Assembly: GCA_963693365.1 (NCBI GenBank) | Contig: CAVNZM010000016.1 | Location: forward strand, 2,817,957 to 2,881,956 | Reading direction: 5' to 3' | DNA: 64,000 nt | Source: Amoebidium appalachense | Taxonomy: Eukaryota; Protista; Ichthyosporea | Shown: in pieces, positions 25,255-56,265 of the stretch | How positions within the stretch are numbered: the stretch's first letter is position 1 | Layout: every line of letters starts with the position of its first letter | The notes under the pieces: model-generated | Told to the model about the DNA's origin: nothing | The model's input: only the letters and a program-made list of their open reading frames with translations | Database searches by the model: none | Program-made: the position numbers and the translations under genes

Positions 25255-25791
25255 ACCAAAGGAGGCCCCTTCCATGGTGACGTATAATGCGCAATTCACC
25301 TGCCAGCTTCTTCAAGTTGGATGGGGCGCGAAAGGCACACAATATGCATAAGGGATGGGGGGAGGGGGGAGGGGGGGGGAATGTTAATTTGCAGAAATCG
25401 ATGAAGTCAAAACCGGATGCAGATTTATCGAGCTTTTTTGGTATATAGTTTTTATGTATATTGTGAATTTTTGTTGTTGATATTATGTGTCACTGAGGGG
25501 CAAATGAAAAACTGGGCTGTATCTAATGTAAATAGTAATATGATGGCCATGCGCGGCATGCAGCCATGGGTAGGTAGACTTGGTTAACATTATAGTTTAT
25601 TTTTAAAATTTAATGTGGTACTGGCCTGTCACGGTTGGTTCTGTATAAAGCATGTACGTAGCAGTTTGTCTTGCGCAAATGAACTAAACGTGTATTTGGC
25701 TATTGAATTTGGCTATTGAATGCATGTATAGGACTGATTTTGAAACCATCAAGCTTCCCTGGTTCCTATTGCAGCATGACATTGTGCTGGC

Positions 25792-25851
<60 letters not shown>

Positions 25852-25915
25852 CCAAAAAAAAAAAAAAAAAAAAAAAAAAGGCCTTCCTCCCTGCAGTTTG
25901 AACCCAAGCTGCTTC

Positions 25916-25948
<33 letters not shown>

Positions 25949-26124
25949 ACAAAAACACACACACACACACACACACACAAGAAAACAAACAAACACACGG
26001 AGGCACTTATGCCCACATTGTCACAAACAAGATATTAAAAAACGTGCACAAGCACACAACCTACGCAAACATGTACACAAACGGGACATGCACGCACGCA
26101 CACACATGCACACAACGCACACGT

Positions 26125-26169
<45 letters not shown>

Positions 26170-27081
26170 AACACGTGCACAACTCAGCTGGAAGACCAAC
26201 ATGGGCCACACGACAAAAGTATTTCAAATTTTGCGCTGTCCTTAAACTTTACCGCCAAGCCTTATGGGGTATTATTTCTCCCAGGAAAACGTTGCCCTAT
26301 TCTCGGGGCCCTGGTGACTTCGGTGATCACCGTACGAAGTTGCCCAGCGGCCGGCGCTGGAGAGTACAACCTGGCAATAAAGCCGATAAAGCCACATCTA
26401 CCCAATCACCTTCAGCCTATGTAGCCATATATGGCTAGTTGCATATTTCCTGGACCAATCGCATGCCAGACAAGATTTGAGTGATCACGTAATCTGGCTC
26501 ACAGCAGCTCAAAGCGCGGTGCACAGCGCTCGTGCGCGGCCTTGGAAAAGATGCTCGCTCGTTTTGAAGAGACAGTGAGGCATTATTGAAGCCACGCACA
26601 CACTATCACAGGAAATCCAAAACAATACTTGGCAGTATTGAAAGCACCTCCTGTCTTGAACGTACATAGACAGCAATACGCTCGTATGCTTACTATTGAA
26701 GCCTTTATGCAATAAACTTAGTTGTAGTTGTTTGTTCGTACTACTGAGTTTTGGGTCGACAAAGATAACACAGCTGAAGTCTGGATGTAGTGTTCCATTA
26801 CATGTGACTGTTAACGTAATGGCAGTGTGACCGCAGAAACAATACGGCCCTCTCCACAAACTCTCTTTCATAATCCCCTTGGTTACTTCTAGTAAAACAT
26901 ATCCGTCAAAGTCGTGGCGTGCTCATACCCAAACCTTGTATCTAGAGTATACAGACGGGAGCACGTAAAAATAGTGTCAACAAATTCATCCTCATACAGC
27001 GAATTTTCCAACACACCGAGCATTTCAAAGCAGTAAACCGCCTCTTTTTTTTTGTGGTTTGTGGTTAAAAGGATCAGAAAA

Positions 27082-38370
<11,289 letters not shown>

Positions 38371-39975
38371 ATGGACTGACATGGGCTGCAACCATAACCA
38401 TCACAAATTGTTGTTGTTTCAATACCGCTGTGAATTTAAATTCGAACAATTGATGCAGTAGATCTGGTATCCATCTATTTCCCTCATACATCTATTCTCA
38501 CGTGAGAATAATCCTTGTGCTGACCCATGCGGCTCAATGGCTTCTTTATAAATATAATTCCTTTAAGTTAACGACTGGTTTTCACACTATATAAATACGT
38601 ACCAGATAAGTAGTGGAAAAAGGTTGGTTATGTGAGCCCTAATCAAGTGGTCAGTATTACTGGCATAACGTATAATGTACTATTGCTGAATGGCCGCGCA
38701 CGCAGTAACAGTATCGTGCAAGGAGTGTGCTTTTAAGGCCGAGGGGAGGGGCCCGGGGCTGATCGTGATAAACATAGCCTTCTGATTAACGAGAGAGCAC
38801 CTGGGGCCTAAGAGTAAAACCATGGAGCCTGATGTGTTTATTTACTTTTTTTCGCGTCAAACTTTGAATGGACGTGCGCATACGATGGTAGTTGTACTGC
38901 CAGTGCGATAATTGAAAAACCAAACAGGGATTTGGCAAGTCAGAAGTCGACAGAACATATCTTTGAGTAGCACGTGCTAGCATATGATAGAAATATTGTG
39001 TATCTGAACACACACACGGCACACATACCCACACAGCCATGCGTACAAGTGCATGAAGTTCCCAGCACACCTACGACACCAGGGTGGCTCTGCAGTTGCA
39101 TGCACAAAACAGTCCACCGCGTACACCTACACACACACCCGCGCGCACAGTTTACCATGCGTGACGCACACGCACGCATGTACCTACACACAGACACATG
39201 TACACATGCACACACATGCATGCAGTACGTACACACACACACACCCGCGCTCACAGTTTACCATGCATGACGCACACGCACGCATGTACCTACACACAGA
39301 CACATGTGCACATGCACATGTGTACACACATGCATGCAGTACGTACACACACACTGGGCACACATGCATGCTGTCAGACACACATGCACACATGCATACA
39401 CACACGGACACACACACAAACACATACGCGCACACACACATGCAAAACGCTCCCACACAACGTGCGGCCGCGCGCCCCGACACACACACACGCACACACA
39501 CACACGCACACGCACATCTCACGGTGCGTATACTATGGGCCACACACAAACACACACGCACACGCACACACTGGTATTCAGATTTGCATCCTACGGTTTC
39601 CAACCATTGGCTACTTTTAACTATGACTCATCTCTGAGGGCTTTGGTTGGCTATATATCCGCTAATGCTTTGTTACAGATTTCTAACAGCGCTTTTGATT
39701 GGCTGAGTCTGCACCATGGAGCCAAGAATAGATCCACACTTTTCTGCCAGCTGAAGCCTGTAACTGAGCTGTTGGCGATTCTGATCAGTTAGTTTTTCTC
39801 TGTCGAAGAAAACCTCCCCTTTTTTGTCTCTACTCTAAAAAAAAAATCTGCCTTTGAGCAGTCAGGATAGCTAGCGTGTTATATTGTGCAATTTATTAAC
39901 TTATTTGTGTCCCAACAGAAACGTTGGACTAAACATCAGAAGAGTTCTACCGTCTCTTGGCCTTGAACCACCACC

Positions 39976-44200
<4,225 letters not shown>

Positions 44201-44393
44201 GACACAGCCACAGACACACAAGCTCGTGGAGAATGGTCCGGCCTAGAAATTTGCAAATGCATATGTCGTTAAGTTATATGGGGTAGAATGGTGGGGCACA
44301 AACAAACTAGGCTATTGCGTATGTCAGTTGATGCATGTGTGGCTGCAGGGAGAGGGCACACGGTATTGATATGCACAAGTGACAATTGCGCAT

Positions 44394-44448
<55 letters not shown>

Positions 44449-44498
44449 GCACACACACACACACACACACACATGCACACACGCACGCACGCACACAC

Positions 44499-44574
<76 letters not shown>

Positions 44575-45862
44575 CACACACACACCGTTACTGCAGTGCA
44601 CGCTCATGATATGTAGGAATGAGAGTGCTACGAAGGTGGAGTTGAGTTAAAAAATCTCCAATTAAGGCAAGAAATGTCAAGATTTCAAAATCTGGCGGGC
44701 TATGGCCCAAAGATAATAGTAAAACTAAAATGATTTCTGTTTGGCTCGCGGTCTGGACACAAGATTCTCGTAACATTGCATACGTAATAATGGCCTACCC
44801 TTGTATGAGTGTGAAATAAAACAGTGATCTGCAAGACGGTAAAATCACTAATAGTGTAATATGCGTGCAGTCGGCTGCAGAGAGTCGGATTAGGCAGCAT
44901 GGGGTGTCGAGTTGTCAAACGGTAGCCCAAGGTGTGACCGTGCCCGATATGTACACACGTTTCGTATTTTGATTAGTTCCTCCCGGGGCATTTCCGAAAT
45001 GGTCGAAACATCTGGACATTTATGACGTGGTTCCGGATCCACTGCCACATGCAATCGCATACACAATCGATATCGATTTGGGAGATTTTTCTTCTAGATC
45101 TTATTTCCGGCACCAGCGGAGTGGGTGTATGCATGTGTACATGTGCCCATAACGCATGATGCGTGGAGGACGAAGCGGGAGGGGAAGGAGGGGGGGGGGG
45201 GGGGGGGATTCTGAAAAGCGCCGTTGACTCTCAGGGTTCATGTTGGCAGCATAAATACATGATATTTTATTTGATTGCATTCAAGTTGCTGGCAGAGTAT
45301 TTTAATGCATAAAAAATTGTTGGTTTATATAATCGTATTAAATTGCTTTGCAGCACAATCATGCTTGTATATCATTCAGTAATCACAGCAGGCATGTTCC
45401 AACTGCAATAACTGCACAGCAACCACCACATAGGCACTAAAAAGTGTCCCTTACATATAGCGAATAGTTCTAAAACAAAATAAAAAGCAGGAATCGGTAA
45501 AGACTATGTGTCACTCCCATCAAACCCACCCTACACCAGCAACTACTCAAACTTTATACAAGGGGTAGGCATTACACCTTCGGTGGTCTGTCTTCATAAT
45601 AACAACAACCTATTCCGATGTGATTATCTAGTGTACACAGTATTAACATTGCGGCCGTACAACCCCACACACCATTCGTTCAGTCTAATATTCACCTACA
45701 TGCCCAATAATAAAGGCTCATATGGTAATTTGCTAGAACACGGCAGATTCGAAGTCATGTAGTCTTTTATCAAAAACCAATTGAGAGCCTAAAATATCAC
45801 ATCCATTCATGTCCTCGGGTGAATAAAAAACATCTGTCTGTCTGTCTGCCTGTGTTACTAAG

Positions 45863-45949
<87 letters not shown>

Positions 45950-46100
45950 CGCGTGTGTTGTTATGGGGGGGAGAAGGGGGAGGAGGCAGGGAAGGGTTGC
46001 AGGGCCATGTTTGCACGTAAACTATGGCATTCTCATGTGCATTTATGGGACTTTAAAACTGTCCGTGCATGTGCACATGTGTGCGTGCGCCGATAGATGT

Positions 46101-46153
<53 letters not shown>

Positions 46154-46187
46154 ATGTGTGTGTATGCACATGGCAGGCTGTGTGTCT

Positions 46188-46336
46188 TCACTTGTCGTAG
46201 CTTGTTCTTCGTGCCGGGGTGTAGTCTATCTGTAGGGTCCAGTCATCCAGTATGGGCCCCGAGGTAAGATCATCCCGTGCCTGTGGGTGAGAGGGTGGGT
46301 AAGTGGCAGGATAGGTGGCTGCAACAGTGAAATATG

Positions 46337-46404
<68 letters not shown>

Positions 46405-46425
46405 TGTTTGTGTGCGTGTGTGTGC

Positions 46426-46508
<83 letters not shown>

Positions 46509-47736
46509 TGTGTGTGTACTTGGCGGTGGCGGTGGGGACGATTTGCAAGTATTCAATGGCCGATCAAGGCGTACGTGGTGTTTTCACGGTCTTCACTTTG
46601 CACTTGCTAGCTCACATCCCATATGCCTATTCAAGCACGTGCATTGAGGTATCATAGCTATAACTCACTGCAATACATAATCAAACACCCGAACACATTA
46701 CATGCAGTTCTAAGTCCAATCATATGTGTCGCAGTCCTGCCTACATGTGAACTTGTGCGTGTGCACGCGTGCTCAGAAGTGTGTGCACCTCCTCCCCTTA
46801 CACCACGTAGATGCAAACAAAGTCACCTGTGAGCATATAGAAGCTGCATCATGTGGCTACGTGCACGCTACTATCGAATCCCTTTCAACTGGGTTAAAAG
46901 ACGTGTTGTGTTATCTGCTGGTAGGGTACCTGAGCCATTAACCGTTTTCGCACCTGATCTATACAAAATCTCAGCTCCGAATAGAGATAAACGGGCACTT
47001 TTTTTTGTCGGAGGAAGAATATAGTGTAAATCTTCAGTTTATAAAACAAAAATGGGGGTTCCGGTCTAATTTACTAGCAAAAACAAGAAAAGCAAATGCT
47101 GTCAAGATCTCACCCATTAACCGAACACCTAGATCTTTACAGCTATTGGTTGCATATCACATGTTTACCGTTGCCGGTTCACGGTGAATGATGGCTTTCA
47201 CCTGGACCAGCGGTCGGCAGGATGTGATGTCGACAAAAGCTCATATTTATCACCTTCATCTAGAAAAAGCAGGCAATTAAAATAAGTTCTTACTTCACCT
47301 GTTCTAAAAGGTTTCTGATGGAGTAGAACATTTTGGAAAACCTTTTCCATGTGCTTCACTCGGGCACGCATAAAATGTACACGAACGCAAATCCAAAATC
47401 TCGATGTCGACATTAGGGAACCAATCGAATTCAGTTCCCGTACTTACTTACGTCAGGACTGGATCTGACGAGAGCCAATGAAATCATCAGATCTGGTGTT
47501 CGGTTAATGGATGTTCGGTTGCAACATGAATCCACCCTATGCCTTAAATGGGGGACAAGTTGAGCGGCAAGGGAACATACCGGAAGATATGCGCGATATT
47601 TGATTGGCTCGGCAACATTCTTGACCTTGCCGGCCCTCTCCTCACTGAACACATCCATCTGGCCATAGGCATCCACAAAGGCGTCCATGCATAAGATCTC
47701 GTTGCACGTGGCTAGACCCTGTGGCACGTGGGCGGG

Positions 47737-47808
<72 letters not shown>

Positions 47809-48050
47809 TTGGGTGAGGGGGAGGGGGGAGGGGAGTTGCCATGCACGCTGTGAGGTGTGGCTTGATACACCCATAACATACAGCCACGACCGTGCATATG
47901 CATGTGCAGCCTATAGTGTCTAAGTCAGTAATGACTTCCAAATCTAAAAGGGGGATATGCAATGGGCAGGTGTGTGTATGTGTGTGCGTGTATGCCTCTC
48001 TGTGTGTGTGTGTGCGCGCGTGCGCGCGCGCGCGCGCGCGCGTGTGTGTG

Positions 48051-48128
<78 letters not shown>

Positions 48129-50223
48129 GGTGTTTGCATTTGTGTCCCCCGGGAGGCGGGGGAGGGGCAGAGGGGGGGAGGGAGGGATAAGGGGAAGAAA
48201 GGTCTGTTTGCATACCTGCAGACGTGCTGTGTTGTTCATGCCCGAGCTGAAACCCTGCATCGGATATAGAAGGTCAGTGCACGCCCCCTGATCATGACCT
48301 ATACATAGCAACAATAGATGGCTACAGGGGCACGTGCATATGTGAGGGGTGTGATGTGGTGGTTGTGGTGGGGGATAGTGCTTGTTTGTACTTTATTGGT
48401 GGGCAATGGGAGGAAGGTGCCAGTGATTTCTATTGAACGACTATGTCGACATTTCTGAATGGTGGCGTCATCGCGAAGTAACATTTTTACCATATCCAGC
48501 GTTTCCTAAAATGAACAATTCGATATGGTATCGTGATATTGTCAGAGACATCAGTAGTGACGTCATGTAATTAAGGACCACGTCATAATTTAAAAAGGCC
48601 GACATAGACCTTTAATGTGTTCTTGGGAGGGTATAAATGGCGGCGGTGAAGCGGGGGAGAGGTCCAATTTACCGTGTAATTTCTGTCTGGGCCAAAGACC
48701 CCCACCATGAGGGGGCAGTAGTTGATGCCGATGGACACCCCCATGTCTCTTTCACCCCTTCGTTCCGCAACCATCGGCAGCTCCCTGTGACAATGGGGTT
48801 GGTGAGGATCCAATCACAGGCCAGCCTGGAGTACACTCACAGTTGTATATAATCGTGTGCATGCTAGCCGTGTCTACCCTCGTGCGTGTCTGCACACATT
48901 GGGCCACCCTGCATCCACAACTGCAGGTCTCCCCCCACCCCCCACAGGTAAGAGCACAATCACCTGCAAAACACAAGCGCACAAAAAGAATGTACGCTAT
49001 GCTCGGATGCAATGAAGGAGGGGAGGGGGGAAGGGGGAGGGAGGGGAGGGGAGGGGGGGGGGGGGGGGGGGGGGGGGAGTTCGTAGAACGTAGAGAGGGG
49101 AAAACGTACTTTCCGTCAGTCAGTAGGCTCCTAGTGAAGCTGCGTATCTTGCATGCAGCCTCCAGTGCCTTGGCACACAGCACACGGGGTGGCTCTCGGA
49201 AGAACGGTGGGCCCCATAGGCCTGGGGGGGGAAGGGCACCGTCAGAGGAGGAAGGGGGGGTGGGGTGGGCAGGAGGGGAAGGGGGGGGGGGGGGGGGGGG
49301 GGTTTGAATGCGTCAAAAAGTACGAAGTACACAAGAACAAACGGATAACACGATGCAGAATGCAAGCATACATAAAGAGTATGCATAATAAGCAGAGCCC
49401 ATCCTCAGGGGGGGCCCACGTCATCCACAGTACCCGAGTTTCGACCTATTCACCTCGTTAACGAAACCCAACTCAGATACTGTTTCACTTGAACATGGGT
49501 AGGTCACCCGTCTTGATCAGAGACGAGCAGGGTTGCTTATGGGGGGGGGGGGGGGGGGGGGGGGGAGGGGGAGAGGGAGGGCGGGTAGGGGGGAGGGGGG
49601 GGGGGGGGGAGGTGGCGAGAACGACGTGCTGAGGTGGTGGATGGAACTAAGGGAGGCAGTGCAGGCATAGCAGAGAAGTTGTGAAAAAGGACTGTGCACA
49701 GGAAAGGATGGAGGTACAGGAAAAAGAAAAAAAGACAAAAATCATGCAGCATATGGGAGCGTGTTCGTGCATGTTCATCGTGTATGTGTGCCCGTGTGTG
49801 TATCCCGTGGGTGCACGTGTGTTTGTGGGTGTGTGGATGTGCATGCTTGAATGTTTTCGTGCAAACCAAATATGCGAGACAGTGAATGCATGTGTGTTGG
49901 TAGGTATGCGTGTGTGCTTGTGTGAGCTTGTGCAAGCGTATGTGTGCGCCGGTGTTTCAAGATAGGGGGGGAGAGGGGGATTGAATATGGAACGTAGAGT
50001 TACATCGTTCAACAAGAAGACAAATGGCACCAATATTACCAAAGACCACCCACACAACGTGCCATGACATAACCAGGCACCAACAGAGAAAACGGCATAA
50101 GCAGACACCTAACCTGGGTGACCCATCACAGTTCACACATCTTCATTCAACAATCACGCCAACAGCACAAAGGGATGACGAGAAAAGGGAGGGTATGAGC
50201 TTAGAATATGTTCGTGGGGGTAC

Positions 50224-50254
<31 letters not shown>

Positions 50255-50341
50255 TGCGTGTGTGTGTGCGTATGCATGTGTGTGTGTGTGTGTGTGTGGG
50301 CATGTGCATGTGTGTGCGTGTGTGCATGTGCGTGTGTCTGT

Positions 50342-50375
<34 letters not shown>

Positions 50376-50388
50376 ATGTGTGTGTGTG

Positions 50389-50435
<47 letters not shown>

Positions 50436-50779
50436 CATGTGCATGTGTGTGTGCATGTGTGCGTGTGCGTGTGTGCGTGTGTCAATGTGTGTGTGTGCGC
50501 GTACGTGTGTGTGTGTGTGATTGAGTGCAAGCGCCTGTGTGCGCGTGCACGTGTGCGGATCTCTGACTTTAGGGGCTATTCGTGGTTGTGTGTGAGTGGG
50601 GTAGACCTACCGATGATACAGTCGCCCACCATCTTGTCAAACACACCACCACTCTCCCAGATGTACTGCACGGCCTGAAAATACAAACCACTAAGAGTTA
50701 GTGCTGTGCCAAAATACAGCCCCGAGACACGGGGGCACACACATACACACACACACACGTACACACAACACGCACACAT

Positions 50780-50827
<48 letters not shown>

Positions 50828-50834
50828 AGACACA

Positions 50835-50907
<73 letters not shown>

Positions 50908-50990
50908 ACACCTGGTTGCTCCATTTATCAATCAACTTGCCGATCAGCGATGGCTCCTTGAGCAGAGTTTCACTCAGCCACGTGAATCTG

Positions 50991-51036
<46 letters not shown>

Positions 51037-51433
51037 CGCGTGCGCGCGCGCGTGTGTGTGTGTGTGTGTGTGTGCGTGCGCGCGCACGTATGCGTGCGTG
51101 CGAATGCGTGTGTGTAAGAATCAAATTAACTTTCTGCGCCCCAATGCACATACGTGCGGAAACAGTGCGCGTGCATGTGTATGTGTGTGAGCACGGACAG
51201 AGGGAAAGGCAGGGGACAAAGAGAGGAGAGGAAAGGGGCAAATGCAATTGCAGTGTTGGAGGCGCCATTTCACATCTATCCGTGTGGGTGGTCAAGAACC
51301 ATGCATATCTAACCCACAGGCACACAGCACAGGAGCATGACCGTGCATATGGCAAAGGGGGGGGGGGGGGGGGGGGGGGGGGGGGAGGGGAGTACTGACC
51401 ATTGCCAAATCGAGCAGAAAGGAGTGCGAATGT

Positions 51434-51475
<42 letters not shown>

Positions 51476-51542
51476 GATTTCATATACCCGGCAATGTCGT
51501 CTGAGAATATGTGTGTTTGTGTGCGTGTGGGTCGGGGGGGAG

Positions 51543-51581
<39 letters not shown>

Positions 51582-52001
51582 TGTGTTACATAGTACGTAC
51601 GTAGAACAGGGGGGGGGGGGGGGGGGGGGGGGAGGTATGTGTTACGTAGTACACAGAACAGGAGGGGGGGGGGGAGGGGGAAGTGGTGGGAGGGGTATTT
51701 ACGCACCCAGCAATGTCGACATATACGATGGCGACCATCTGCTCTCTGGGAGATAGATACTTCTCGAAGTAGTTGTGCTCACGCAGCAGCTGCCTGCACC
51801 CCATAGTATGAGCACTCATGCATGCACACCATATTAGGAGCCTCCCTCCCATTCCTCCCCCCCCCCACCCCCCTTGGATGCATACCATCACCCGTACACG
51901 TGCAACAGCACAAAACAACCCACACGCACACACCCACAGACACAGGCAGGAGGGGAGGCAGCAGACACAGGCATGCACATGCACATCGACATGTGTGCAC
52001 G

Positions 52002-52045
<44 letters not shown>

Positions 52046-54933
52046 ACACACACACACCCACCTTACTACGGCCTCAGCAAAGTTCCTGGACAGCTGCTTC
52101 CACTCCTTGTTGAATGCTGACAGCCGTTGGGAGATGAAGTCGCTAAGTCGCCTGCCGACCAATCAGTCTTAGGCCCCATGATGTGTACAGTACCCCTTCT
52201 TCCCCCCCCCCCCACCCCCCCCCCCTCTCCCCCCTGCTCCCCATCTTTCTCCCCTTATAAGCACCCCCACCTCCCCATGACCTGCATACAGACCAGCCAA
52301 TATACATTTAGTATTATTTAGGTATTTAGGATGCACTCACAGCAGTATATCTCTGCAGTATTGATTTAGGTATTTAGGATACACTTACAGCAGTATATCT
52401 CTGCAGTATTGATTTAGGTATTTAGGATACACTTACAGCAGTATGTCTCTGCAGTACGGGGTTAAGGGCTGGTCCACCCCCACGGTCATCTTGCCGGCCA
52501 GCGTCACCCCGTCCTCAGTGAAGATCTCAAACTCCTCACGCATCTGCATCCCACCCGGACATAAGATGCTGCCCACTGCTTACTTGCACTCCGTTTTCCC
52601 GATGTGTGCCACTCCCTCCCTCCCTCCCTCCCACCCATCCCCTTTCCCCCCCTCCCTCCCTCCCCCCAACTTCTCCCCTGGGGTTGGCAAGGTTTAAATG
52701 CTAGGGTTAAAGTGTATTTCTTGGGAACACCATGCCTCAACACATGGACAACAGACAAGCACAAGCAAATTCAGACAGATACAAGGTTTAAATGCTAGGG
52801 TTAAAGTGTAATTCTTTAGAAAAAAAATGCCTCAACACATGGACAACAGACAAGCACAAGCAAATTCAGACAGATACAAGGTTTAAATGCTAGGGTTAAA
52901 GTGTTATTCTTGAGAACACCATGCCTCAACACATGGACGACAGACAAGCACAAGCTAATTCAGACAGATACAAGGTTTAAATGCTAGGGTTAAAGTGTAA
53001 TTCTTGGGAACACCATGCCTCAACACATGGACGACAGACAAGCACAAGCAAATTCAGACAGATACAAGGTTTAAATGCTAGGGTTAAAGTGTAATTCTTG
53101 GGAACACCATGCCTCAACACATGGGCGACAGACAAGCACAAGCAAATTCAGACAGATACAAGGTTTAAATGCTAGGGTTAAAGTGTAATTCTTGGGAACA
53201 CCATGCCTCAACACATGGACGACAGACAAGCACAAGCAAATTCAGACAGATACAAGGCTTAAATGCTAGGGTTAAAGTGTATTTCTTGGGAACACCATGC
53301 CTCAACACATGGACAACAGACAAGCACAAGCAAATTCAGACAGATACAAGGTTTAAATGCTAGGGTTAAAGTGTATTTCTTGGGAACACCATGCCTCAAC
53401 ACATGGACAACAGACAAGCACAAGCAAATTCAGACAGATACAAGGTTTAAATGCTAGGGTTAAAGTGTAATTCTTTAGAAAAAAAATGCCTCAACACATG
53501 GACAACAGACAAGCACAAGCAAATTCAGACAGATACAAGGTTTAAATGCTAGGGTTAAAGTGTAATTCTTGGGAACACCATGCCTCAACACATGGACGAC
53601 AGACAAGCACAAGCAAATTCAGACAGATACAAGGTTTAAATGCTAGGGTTAAAGTGTAATTCTTGGGAACACCATGCCTCAACACATGGACGACAGACAA
53701 GCACAAGCAAATTCAGACAGATACAAGGTTTAAATGCTAGGGTTAAAGTGTAATTCTTGGGAACACCATGCCTCAACACATGGACGACAGACAAGCACAA
53801 GCAAATTCAGACAGATACAAGGTTTAAATGCTAGGGTTAAAGTGTTATTCTTGAGAACACCATGCCTCAACACATGGACGACAGACAAGCACAAGCTAAT
53901 TCAGACAGATACAAGGTTTAAATGCTAGGGTTAAAGTGTAATTCTTGGGAACACCATGCCTCAACACATGGACGACAGACAAGCACAAGCAAATTCAGAC
54001 AGATACAAGGTTTAAATGCTAGGGTTAAAGTGTAATTCTTGGGAACACCATGCCTCAACACATGGACAACAGACAAGCACAAGCAAATTCAGACAGATAC
54101 AAGGTTTAAATGCTAGGGTTAAAGTGTAATTCTTGGGAACACCATGCCTCAACACATGGACAACAGACAAGCACAAGCAAATTCAGACAGATACGTACAA
54201 ACACACCTACGCACGCACCAAATCCTCTCCTGCATCAAGCAACCTGCTCAGCTCGCACACACACTACCACCACCACTCCATGACCCATTAAGCACAGTCC
54301 CCATATCCTATCCCCCGCCCCCATTTCACCCATTATGCCCATTTCCCCATTTCCCATTGGCGTAACATCACACCCCCCCCCCCACCACCAATATAAGTTA
54401 TACCCATTTCCTAATCTCCCATTGGTTCCTTGTCACGTACCCCCTCTACCAGGCTGCACCTCTCAACCAATGGTGCCGTATCCCCGCTGAAGCATGTGAG
54501 GGCCATTTCGTCCAGTGAGTCCACACTGTCACTGGCCTTCATCCCCGTCACCTGTCCATCCCCCTTGACTGGGGGTGGATGGGGGGGAGTTAGCACACGG
54601 TGGATGGTGAAAGTATCAAAAGAGCAAATGTGTGTAGGCAGAGAAATGCTTAAGGGTGGCGTGCAGTAGGGGAGTTGTTATCAGCAGGAGTTTTGTGCCT
54701 TTGCTTGTATGTGTTCCTTGACACACCCTCGGCAACCGGACACGACCGTACACCATACACGATATGCAGATTGATACAAGTCACCTGGACACACAGACAA
54801 ACACACACGAACACGTGCATACACACACACGTGCCCTGTGCCTTTGGGGCAAGTAATAACATCCTCAAGACATCCTCTCCCAATCTTCGTTCCCCCTGGA
54901 TTTGACATAGTTTAGGCCCATGAACCCCTATAC

Positions 54934-54968
<35 letters not shown>

Positions 54969-56182
54969 GCGCGCGCACACACACACACACACATACCCAC
55001 CCACCTACCCCCATCCCCCCCCCCCCCCCCCCCCCACCACCCACCCACCCACCGCCATCCCACCTACCCTCCACCCCCCCCCCCCCCCCCCCCCCGTCCC
55101 CTCCCCCCACCCACGCACCCACCCCCCCACGCACCTATCCTGAAGTTCAGCAGGTTCTTCATCTTCCTGGTGACTATCCTCTCCCTCTTGCCGTCCATAG
55201 ACTTGGCTGTGAGGGCAGGCAGGGACACGAACTGGTGCACCACGGATGGGTAAGAAAATAACCAAATAGGGCAAGGTACACTGTCACATGATTGGTTGCC
55301 CGTGTGCGAGGAATGCAAGAGAGTGATAAAAAAGCAAAACAATTGTACGTGCATGAGGGTGCATGCTGGTGCCTGGCGCTGCCTCTGTGTTGTAGAACAT
55401 GTAGACGTGTGTGTGCGCATGTGCCTTTGTGCCCCGTGTGTGTGCTCTAGCGTTTATCTGTGCCTAGGTGTGTCCTTGTCCTTTTGCTTGTTTGTGCATG
55501 CATGCACGAGTGTATGCCCGGCCACACGTGCTTGCATGCATGGTGTGTGCCATGTTTATCATGTGTGCGCGAGCCCATGCGTAGGCGCATGCCTGTGCCC
55601 GTGCCCTGCATGTGCATGTGCTATGCCTCCTTGTGTGCAGAGTGCGAGTGAGAGCGTTTTATGTTCATGTGTGGTGCCTGTGTGTGCCCACAGTGTGTGT
55701 ACACGTGGGTGTGTGTGAATGATTCACTCAGCTTCTGTGAATGTGTGGAAAGTCCTGATGCCAACTAGTAAAGCAAAGGGCCTTGGGTGGCGTGGAAAAC
55801 CAGGTGGTGTATTTTACATGCTTTCCCTTCGTTTTCGTGTGTGTTTACTGTGTATATAGTGTGTGTGTGTGTGCACGCACCCATGTGTGTAAGTGTGTGA
55901 GTGCGAGTGCGAGTGCGAGTGCGAGTGCGAGTGCGAGTGCGAGTGCGAGTGCGAGTGCGAGTGCGAGTGCGAGTGCGAGTGCGAGTGCGAGTGCGAGTGC
56001 GAGTGCGAGTGCGAGTGCGAGAGCGAGAGCGAGAGCGAGAGCGAGAGCGAGAGCGTGAGCGTGAGCGTGAGCGTGAGCGTGAGCGTGAGCGTGAGCGTGA
56101 GCGTGAGCGTGAGCGTGAGCGTGAGCGTGAGCGTGTGCGTGTGCGTGTGCGTGTGCGTGTGCGTGTGCGTGCGCGCGTGCGC

Positions 56183-56265
<83 letters not shown>

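Noticed and set aside
26200-27040. Coding-looking minus-strand ORFs (26509-26871 and neighbours)
   Set aside because: Frames are discontinuous with several stops, no recognisable motif and no consistent splice path; possibly a decayed gene but unsupported.
52688-54194. Regular array resembling CRISPR or telomeric repeat
   Set aside because: Units are contiguous near-identical 94-mers with no unique spacers, no cas genes and no tandem TTAGGG; it is an intronic satellite.
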